Part shown: piece after piece, positions 11,291 through 20,700 of the stretch
Layout: the number at the start of each line of letters is the position of its first letter
How positions within the stretch are numbered: position 1 is the stretch's first letter
Origin: Chiloscyllium plagiosum
Lineage: Eukaryota
Assembly (NCBI RefSeq): GCF_004010195.1
Contig: NC_057728.1
Location: 51,399,400 to 51,463,399 of the forward strand
Reading direction: 5' to 3'
DNA length: 64,000 nt
Translations under genes and position numbers: made by a program
The notes under the pieces: model-generated
What the model saw: the letters and a program-made list of their open reading frames with translations, nothing else
The model's database searches: none
What the model was told of the DNA's origin: nothing

Positions 11291-14200
11291 TGCAACTAGA
11301 CAACAAAAAAATCAAAGAACTGTAGCTGCTGGAATTCAGAAACAAAACTGGAATTGCTGGAAAAATTTCAGCAGCTCTGGCAGCATCTGTGGAGATTAAA
11401 GCAGACTTAATGTTTCGGGTCCAGTGACCATTCTGAAGAATATTTACTCTGTTTCCTCTCCACAGATACTGCCAGACCTGCTGAATCTTTCCTGCAATTT
11501 CTGTTTTTTTATTACTGAGACTAGCTCTGGATTCCAGATTTTATTAATTTACTTTACTTTCCATCAGCTGCTGTATTGATATTTGAACTCATGCTCACGG
11601 AAGAATAGCCTGGGCCTCTGGAATAATAGTTCAGTGATATTATCTCTAAACTAACTTCTCCCCATAGGGACAGGTATCTTTCATTGTATGCTCGCAATAT
11701 GTGTAAAGGTTGATAGGGGCTGCCCTGATTCACAGAAGTGGTTGACAGTGATACGTGCCAATGACAGTGATACAATACAAAAGAATAATCTGGCCCATTA
11801 CCTCATCTGGTCTTCTACAGAGACATATACTATCTCATGGTTCTATTTAAAAGAAGGGTAGGCGAGGAGCTACCAAGTATCCTGGCTAATATTTATTTCT
11901 CAACTATCGTCACTGAAAAGCAAGTTATCTGGTCTTTATCAAAAGACTTTTTGTGAGACAAGTGACTGATGCTTTTTTAATAAAATTGTTTATGGATAGT
12001 GTTTGTATTCTATTAGGGCCAGCAGTGCTAAATTTTAAATATCATGCTGACAGTCAGAATGAATTCCTAGCCAATCTAATAAAGATCCTTTGAACCCTCT
12101 ATAATATATCAGACTTTGGGATACACGGGTGAAGATGGGCAGGATGATTTTTCTCAAGTGATATGAAGTAACTGCTGGCCCTCTACTCCCCCTAGTGCTT
12201 TTTTGCTGCAAATCAATTTGAAGGTAGAGCAAGATTTTACAGGCAGGAAACTATGTTGCAAGGCAGCAGGCTCCAGGGAACATGATCAAAATAGCTTCAG
12301 TTTTAACTAGTCACTGTGTATAGTGGGCCAGCACCCATAACTCTTGCATATCAGTTGTATTTCTTGGTGAATAATGGCCTATAGGGAATTAACAGACGTG
12401 AACAGCCATATGGTCAGCTTTCGATACTTCTTACCATTCTCCTGAGGCATCATATAAATACAAGTTGTTTCTTTATTTTTAATTCATTGGTTGAAAATTG
12501 CTTTGGAATATCCTGATCATGAGAAAAAATGCACTCTGGACTATAGGGTATGTGCCTCAGAAAATCCTCCACAGTGAAGAATCCAAGGAGAGGTTGTGCT
12601 CCTTGGCAGTGCTCCCAGCTTCAGGCCAGATCTCAAGACTAAGCTTTCACAATCTTGATACTGGATGACAGAACTGAATGATGGTGTTTAGGCTGTCTCT
12701 CACGGGCAACATCAGTCACATCTCTGACCTCTCTCATGGATATATGTGATCACTCTGCAATCTGGCACAAATTGTAAGTTTTGTTGGTTTATATTGCAAT
12801 GTTACTCCCAGTCACAATTCTGAAGTCATGCTCAGTTGTACTCAACATTATGACAACATTAACTGAATGTACATCTGCAAATCCAAGTCTTGATAAAGAT
12901 TAGGATGCAGGAGTTCAATTTGAGATCGTTGGTGTTTTGAGTATATTGTTAGTGTGCAATTGTATTCTATAATGTCTTAAAACTTTTGAAAAATAGTTCA
13001 TGTTTGTCTATAAAATACTAACAACTATATTTAGTGATTTTCACAGACTCAAGATATCCCAAAGAACCTCTAGCCAGTGGAATTTCTTTTGTAGTAAGAT
13101 AACTGTCAGTAGTCATGACAGTTCTTTTCATACAGCATCCTACAGCAATCATGAGATGAATGACTGGTAGTGTTGGTTGAATGGGGTGTAAAAGTTAGAA
13201 AATACACTAGAATTCTCTTGCTCAACGTGCATCCACAAATGCCCTTAATGTAAGAAAACAACTCAAACTACTTTACAAGGAAATTATATATAAAATTATA
13301 TTAAGACATCAACATATCAGATACATAAGGAAATATTCGGGCAGATAAATAAGAGCTTGTTCAATTAGCTAAGTTTTAATAAGCATCTTTACGATTGTTT
13401 GGGGAGGGAACTCAAATTTATGATCAAGGTAACTAAAGATTAACAGGTACTGGGGAGGGATTTATGAGGTTGAAACTCAGCAAGGAGGAAGTAAGAGTAG
13501 AGGGGGTAGAGGATGAGATAGAGTTAGGGAGGAGAATTAGCAAAGGAGGACTGATCTGTCAACTAAGAGGGGTGGAAATGGGAAAGAATAAGTTAGGGAC
13601 AAGGAACAATGAATGAGGAGTTGGGTAGGATGGGGAAGGGGTTTAAGCAGATGATAAATAAGGGCAGATGGGGAAAAAGATTGTCTGATTGAAGGGCCTG
13701 AACAATGAGATAAGATTCAATGGATTGTTTTTATCCCCCTTGAAAGAGTGAAGGTTGAGAGCTGCAGTCCATGTGCTGTAGGTAGATTCATAATGCCCTT
13801 CGGGAGGGAATTCCAGGATTTTGAACCAGCGACAGTGAAGGAACCTTGATATATTACCAAATCAGGATGATGAGTGGACCACTTTCTGTTTGGAAGTGGT
13901 TGTGAGTTTCAAAGGTGCTGTCTTAGGAGGCTTGGTGAATTTCTGCAGTTCGTCTTGTAGATAGTCTACACTGCTACTACTGTGCATTGGTGGTGGTGGC
14001 GAATGAATGGATTTGGTGCCAATCAAGTGGGCCACTTTGCCCTGGAGATTGTAAAGTTTCTTGAGTGTTGTTAGATCTGCACTTGTCCAAGCAAGTGGGG
14101 TATTCCATCATACTCCCGACTTCTGCCTTGTAGATGATAAATGGCTTTCGGGAGTCAGATGAGTTACTCACTGCAGTGTTCCTATCCCCTGAACTCGTAT

Positions 14201-15640
14201 TGTAGCCACTGTGTTTATGCGGCTAGTCCAGTTGATTTTCTTGTCAATGGTAAGCCCAGGATGTTGATAGTGGGGGTTTCAGTGATGGTAACACCATTAA
14301 AAGTCAAGGGGTGGTGGTTAGATTGTCCCTTATAAGTGACGGTCGTAGCCTGGCATTTGTATGGCAAGAACGTTACTTGTCACTTGTCAGCCTAAGCATG
14401 GATATTGACCAGATTTTGTCAATTTGAACATCGACTGCTGCAGCATCGGAGGTATTGCAAATGGTACTGAATGCTATACAATCATCAGCAAATATCTCCA
14501 TTCTGACGTTATCATCAAGGGAAGACCACTGATGAAGCAGCTGAAGATGTTTAGGCCGAGGACACTACCCTGAAGACCTCTTGCAGAGATGTCCTGGAAC
14601 TGAGATGACTAACTTCCAACAACCACAGCCATCTTCCTATGTGCCAGGTATGGCTCTACCAGTGGAAAGTTCACCTCCAGATTCCCCTTGATTCTAGCTT
14701 TGCTAGGGCTCCTTGATGCATCACTCAGTTGAAAACAGCCTCGATGTCAAGGTCTGTCACTCTCATCTCACCCCTGGAATTCAGCTCTTCTGTCCATGAT
14801 TAAACCAAGGCTGTAATGAGGTCAGAAGTTGAGTAGCTCTGGTGGAACCCAAACTGGTTGTCAGTGAACAGGTTATTGGTGAGCAGGTGCTGCTTGACAG
14901 CACTCCTGATTATGACACTTTCCATCACTTTATTGATGATCAAGAATAGTATGGGGAGTAATTGGCCTGGTTGAATTTGTCCTGCTTTTTGTGTACAGGA
15001 CGTACCTGGGCAATCTTCCACATTGTTGGGCAAATGCCAATGCTGTAACCCTACTGGAAGAATTCGGCAAGGGGAGAGGAAGTTCTGGAGCATAAGACTT
15101 AGTATTAATGCCAGAATATTGTCAGGGCCAATCATCTTTGCAGTATCCAGTGACTTCAACCAAGTTGAGTGAACCGACTTGTCTGAAGACTGGTATCTCT
15201 AACACTGAGGACCATTGGAGGAGGCTGAGGTCGATCATCCACACGGCACTTCTGACTGAAGATTGCTGCGAAAGCTGCAGCGTTATCTTTTGCACTGGTA
15301 TGCTAAGCTTTTCCATCATTGAGGATGGGGATCTTTGTGGAGCCTTCTCCTCCGGTGAGCTGTTTAATTGTCCCCCACCATGCCCGACTGGATGTGGTAA
15401 GACTGCAGAGCTTAGATCTGATCTATTGGTTGTGGGATCATTTAGCACTGTTTACCACTCACTGCTTATGCTGTTTTGGCATGCAAGCAACCCTGTTTGG
15501 TAGCTTCACCAGGTTGACACCTCATCTTCAGGTATGCTGGTGTTACTCCTGGCATGCCCTCCTGTACTCTCCACTGAACCAGGATTGATCCATTGGCTTG
15601 ATGGCAATGGTTCGGTGGGCCATGAGGTTTCATATTGTGC

Positions 15641-15866
15641 TTTAAATAAATCCACAGAAGGTAGTATCCTGTCCAAGCCACCCTTTATTTACAGGTGGAG
15701 AGTTCTTGACACTGAAGCAGCTCTAGCTCCCTCACAGCCAGCTCTGAGTGAACAGAACATTTGACACTCCCATCCAAGGCTCCCTGATTTGACCAGATTA
15801 ACAGCTCCGATCAAGGAACTCATACTCTATGAGGTCTCCCTAATTGACCTAATTCCAATCACTACA
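15641..15866 (-). mobile_element. Solo-LTR-like element (about 225 bp) with 4-5 bp TSD
   Basis: GTGC(T) on both sides (15637-15641 and 15867-15871); the - strand starts TGTAGTGATTGG and contains AATAAA. Confidence 0.65.
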
Positions 15867-16318
15867 GTGCTGGAGTGTACTGCTGTTGTTGAAAACAGTG
15901 CCTAATGGATGCCCAGTCTTGATTTGCTAGATCTGTTCAAAGTCTGTCCCATCTAGCACAGTGATTATTCCACACAACACAACGGAGATTTTTCTCAATG
16001 TGAAGGAGGGTCTTCATCTCCACAAAAGCTGTGAGGTGGTCACTCTTACCAATATTGTCATACACAGATACATCTGCAGTTGGCAAACTGTTAAGGATGT
16101 TTCTCTTCCTTGTACCCTCACCACCTGCTGCCATCGCAGTCTAGCAGCTATGACTTCCAGGACTTGCCAAACCGATCAATATTGAAGTGTCCCATCCATA
16201 CTACATTTTGCACCCTTGCTACTCTCAATGCTTCTTCCAAATGTTGCTGAACATGGAAAAGTACTAATTCATCAGCCAAAGAAGGACGGTATGTTATAAT
16301 CAACAGGAGGTTTCTATG

Positions 16319-16513
16319 AGGTAAAAACAATGACTGCAGATGCTGGAAACCAGATTCTGGATTAGTGGTGCTGGAAGAGCACAGCAATTCAGGCAGCATC
16401 CGAGGACAGGCAAAATCGACGTTTCGGGCAAAAGCCCTTCATTGCCCGAAACGTCGATTTTGCCTGTCCTCGGATGCTGCCTGAATTGCTGTGCTCTTCC
16501 AGCACCACTAATC
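16319..16513. mobile_element. Penelope-derived palindromic mini-element with 15-bp TSD
   Basis: 75-bp perfect inverted arms (16357-16431 and 16442-16516); CAGGAGGTTTCTATG at 16304 and 16514. Confidence 0.85.
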
Positions 16514-16759
16514 CAGGAGGTTTCTATGCCCAAGTTTAACATGAAGCGATGAGACTTCATGGGGTCTGGAGTCAATGTTGAGGACTCCCAGGGCAGCTCT
16601 CTCCTGACTGTACACACTGTGCTGCCACCTACGTTAATTCTGTCCTGCCAGTAGTAGAGAACATATCCAGGGATAGTGATGGTGGCGATGGGGACATTGT
16701 AAGGCATGATTCCATGAGTAGGAGTATAGCCAAACAACAGTCTGTGAGAAGACTCTCCC

Positions 16760-17080
16760 ACCTCCATCCACCCATTGTACACTTTGCAACCTTCTCCTTG
16801 GCCCCACCCCCCTCTCATTTATCTCTCCACCCTGGAGGCTCCCAGCCTCATTCCTGATCCTGCTCCTTGGATACTGCCTGACCTGCAATGCTTTTCCAGC
16901 ACCACTTTAATCTTGTAAATGGGTGAAAAGTCAAGGGAATGCAGTCAAAAAAAAAAGTCCCTTTCCCTAACCCTGAGACTTCACCTGACGAAAGAGAAAC
17001 GCTTCGAAGGCTTGTGATGTTCAAATAAACCTGTTGGACTATAATCTGGTGCCGTGTGACCTCTGACTTTATCCAACCCA
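16760..17080 (+). mobile_element. Penelope-like terminal-repeat remnants (family A piece followed by family D hammerhead unit)
   Basis: Similar to 60700-60960 and 34125-34265. Confidence 0.6.
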
Positions 17081-17084
17081 GACC

Positions 17085-17221
17085 AGTCCAAAAATGTGTA
17101 GGTTAGGTGAACTGGCCATGCTAAATTACCCGTAGTGTTAGGTGAAGGGGTAAATGTAAGGAAATGGGTCGGTGTGGACTTGTTGGGCCGAAGGGCCTGT
17201 TTCCACACTGTAAGTAATCTA
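17085..17221 (+). mobile_element. HE1 SINE 3' half immediately upstream of the cry1 promoter
   Basis: ggttaggtgaactggccatgctaaatt...gttgggccgaagggcctgtttccacactgtaagtaatct. Confidence 0.85.
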
Positions 17222-17229
17222 AACACTAG

Positions 17230-17587
17230 ACGCCCCCACACCATCCATAAACAGGACACACGTCCGACTGCGCCTGCGCGCTCTCGTCCGGCCCATCCGG
17301 GGAATTTTTTCCAGGGACAGCGACCAATCACAGGGGTGGACTCACGGGAAGAGCCGGGGCCGGGATTGACGGTACCACTGCGACACGTGAGGGTTTGATC
17401 ACGTGCCCATGCCCGGTCCAATGAGGTTGCGCTGTGGGCGAGGATGGCACGCGGCTGTCCGCGCGAGCTACCTGACAGTTTGCGGTGGGGGTGCACGCAG
17501 TTAGATTGTCATCGCTGAACCTGCTCGCGTTCGCTGGCGGGAAGACCCACCTGTCGAGCCGCACGTTTGATTTTAATTTAGGAGTTC
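17230..17587 (+). promoter_or_regulatory. cry1 CpG-island promoter/5'UTR with E-boxes
   Basis: CACGTG at 17384-17389 and 17400-17405, CACGCG at 17448-17453, CACGTT at 17562-17567, CCAAT at 17324 and 17418, NRF1-like TGCGCCTGCGCG at 17269-17280; sharp local CpG enrichment. Confidence 0.75.
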
Positions 17588-17745
17588 ATGGGTGGCCACT
17601 CGATCCACTGGTTTCGGAAGGGGCTCCGGCTCCACGACAACCCGGCGTTGCTGGAGGCTCTGGTGGGTTCGGATACTATCCGCTGCGTCTACATCGTCGA
17701 CCCCTGGTTCGCTGGTTCGTCCAGTGTGGGCATCAACCGGTGGAG
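17588..17745 (+). CDS. cry1: cry1 coding exon 1 ([22 protein letters not shown]...GINRWR)
   Basis: ATG at 17588, [13 protein letters not shown] motif, donor AG|gtgagt. Confidence 0.96.
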
Positions 17746-20700
17746 GTGAGTTGAATCGAGAGTGACTTGCTGTTTACCGTAGTGACTGCACGGGGCTTGT
17801 CGGGGGTTACCGTGGCGACTGCACGGGGCTGTCGGGGGTTACCGTGGCGACTGCAGGGGGGCTGTCGGGGGTTACCGTGGCGACTGCAGGGCTATCGGTG
17901 TTACCATGGCGACTGCGGGGACGTCCAAGGGGTTACTGTGGCGACTGTAGGGGCGCCGCTGCCGTGCTTGGCTGCAGAGTGTTGCCATGGGAACAGCACC
18001 GTTTCCTGCTGTTGCAGCCTGGAACTGCCCCCATCCCTCAGTGTCCACCACACTTTGGGGTAGTGAATTCCACTGATTCACAACCCTTTGGGAGAAGTAG
18101 TTTCCCCTCAACGGTTTTAAATTTGTTACCCCTTATCCTAAGGCAATGACCCCTCGTCCTAGAATGTCCCACAGGAGGTAGCATCTGCTCCCATGTCTAC
18201 TTTATCCACACTTTTTATTGTCCTGAACACCTCAATTTGATCTCTTCTCATTCTTCTAAATTCCAGACAGTATAAGCCTAAATTGTTCAATCTCACTTCA
18301 TAAATCCTTCATGTCCTCCTTTATTTGTGGTGCCCAGAACTGGAAGATATTAATGGACTGGTCAGGTGGATAAACCAGTGATAAATAAAATTTAAGCCAT
18401 GGGGAAGAGGGGTGAGGGTGTGTATTTAGGAAAGTCAAACAAGGCAAGGGTACAGGTTGAATGTATTGGAAATGAAACACTAGATAGAAGCAGTGAGAAA
18501 GGTGAGAGAAATCCACCTGACTGAATGTAGCCAAAAGAAAATCCCTTTATTATGTCAAATTCCATTCCAAGTAGGAAACAAGTAACCTTGCATCAAGTTT
18601 TAAATCTGTTTTAAATGTAAGGAAAACACAGTAACATTTATCAGGTTGTAAATTTCTTTGCAGATTGGTGCTTTTAATGACCTCTGTGTCTTCTAATGAC
18701 CTCTGAATTACTATTCTAATGTCACTTTGCACTTGTACAAAGAACAGGCTAGAAATGAGATTTGCAAAGAAGCTTACAAGCTTATTATAATTGTTACTGC
18801 CATCTTGAATTTTGTAATATGTCTAAAATTTCCCTTTGTGCTCGTGTGATATTATGGTTGCAAATGTGCATTTGCAGGTGATCACCGACCATTTTTGCAT
18901 TGGAAATGTACTTTCTAAAACATTCTCTGTAGTTTGAACTGAACTAGCCATGTAAATGCCATGACTGCAAGAGCGGGTCAGAGATTAGTAAGATTGCAGT
19001 GACTAACTCACTGCCTGAAAACCTGTCCATTGTTTACACATGGGAGAGATGAAGGCAGAGTGGTATTAATGCTGGACTATTAAGACAGAGACCAGGTATT
19101 GTACGGGTTTGAATCCCACCGTGGAAGATCATGAAATTTGAATTAAATAAAAACCTGGAATTAAGAGGCTATGAATCCATTGTCAGTTTGGGGAACAACT
19201 CATCTGGTTCGATAATGTTCTTTAGGGAAAGAAATTCTGGTCATTACCTGGTCTGGCCTACATGTGTTTCCAGACCCACAGTCCTCTGGGGCAATTAGAA
19301 ATGGGCAATAAATGCTGGCTTGTTTCGAAAAACTGTCCTGAATGCACCTAAGAAATCCACCCCCCCCCCCCATCCAAGCCTCTGGCACTGAGTCCCAGTC
19401 AATATAGGGGAAGTTAAAATCACACACCACAGCAACCCTTCTGTTTTTTACATTTTCCATAGTCGGTCCCCATATCTATTCCTTTATCATCTGCTGGCCT
19501 TTAGGATGTCTGTAGTACAAAGTGATTGCACCCTTCCTATTCCTGAGCTCTACCCATCTGGCCTCATTGCATGAGCCCTGTAAGGTGTCCCCAGGTAATA
19601 CAGGCAGAAACACACACTCTATTTAAAAAGTATCTGATTATGCATCTCAATTGCAATAAACTACGGCAGAGAAAGCAAACGATAGAAAGTGTGATTGGGC
19701 TGGGTGGCGTTTTATTTTGTTTGATACAGACACTTGAGCCAGGTGTGCCTTAAACTTTGTGATTCTGTCTGGGCAAAATACTCCAGTGGAGACTGAATCT
19801 GTGTTTTATTCAGGTTTACCATAACTTCTTTGCTTTCTATTCTATGCCTCTGCTTATAAGACAGTTTTCTTTTCCCAGTCTTCTTAACCTTCATCTTCAA
19901 AGATTTACATTCATACTCTGCCAGGTTTCTCTAGATTTTCCTGATGATCTGTTTTTTTTTTTGCCATCAAAATACAGTTCATCATAGTTAAATGACATCG
20001 GTCATTTGTCTCAAACAAAAACAGAAATTGCTGGAAAAGCTCAGTAGGAGTGCCACCATCTGTGAAAAGAAATCAGAGTTGACGTTTCAGGTCCGGTGAC
20101 CCTTCCTCAGAATTGTCTTTCATGTGTTTGCCCATTTCACCAATGTGCTAACATTCACTTGAGTTTAGTTAATATCTATGTCTCCAAGTACTTCATTTCC
20201 AGTATTTGTATCATCTAAAAATTTTGAACTTATACACTACAAATGTTCATTGTATCTGAATGCTCACCATTCACCAGTGCTGTGTTCTTTCTATCCCTTA
20301 ACTGCTTTTCTGTCTCTACTCTCCCTTTAATTCCATGTGCTTTAATTCTACAATCTATTATATGGCACTTTATGTCGACTGTCTAAGATGCTGAAAGAAT
20401 ATCAACTGTAATAGCTTTATCCAGCCTATCCATTTCTTCATTGAAGGACTCCATGCAGTTTGTAGGACAGAATTTTTTTTTAAACCAATCCACATTGGCA
20501 ATTGTTGATTAAACCCATGCCTCTCATAAATTAAGGCCCCAATGATGGTATGTAGAAGTCTTCACACCACAGAAATTAACTTGTCTGAGCTGTTATTACC
20601 TGATTTATCTTTTTTAATATCTGAGGTCTTTCAGGCCTGAAGAAAGGTTATTGGTTTAAAATTTAATCTCACTTTCTCTCTCTTCATAGATGCTGCAAGT

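Larger units (their letters stand above)
13730..16740 (-). mobile_element. Decayed CR1/L2-group LINE (APE to RT) carrying nested insertions
   Basis: ORF2 fragments ITYRPSLAD..VWMGHFN, IGKSDH, KSLDTAK..GPDNI and NQFGFHQ; same family as 9815-10700. Confidence 0.85.

Noticed and set aside
17485..17754. ORF starting MGVHAV (GTG), resembling the human CRY1 N-terminus MGVNAV
   Set aside because: It is in a different frame from the conserved CRY sequence that starts at ATG 17588; probably coincidence or UTR.
17773..17994. CRISPR-like repeat spacing
   Set aside because: The spacers are similar to each other, the context is a vertebrate intron and there are no cas genes; it is a minisatellite.
18678..18702. 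Two TGACCT half-sites in cry1 intron 1 as the mammalian-type RRE enhancer
   Set aside because: They lack the T at -1 and the AT-rich extension of ROREs, and the 13-bp spacing is not a standard element.
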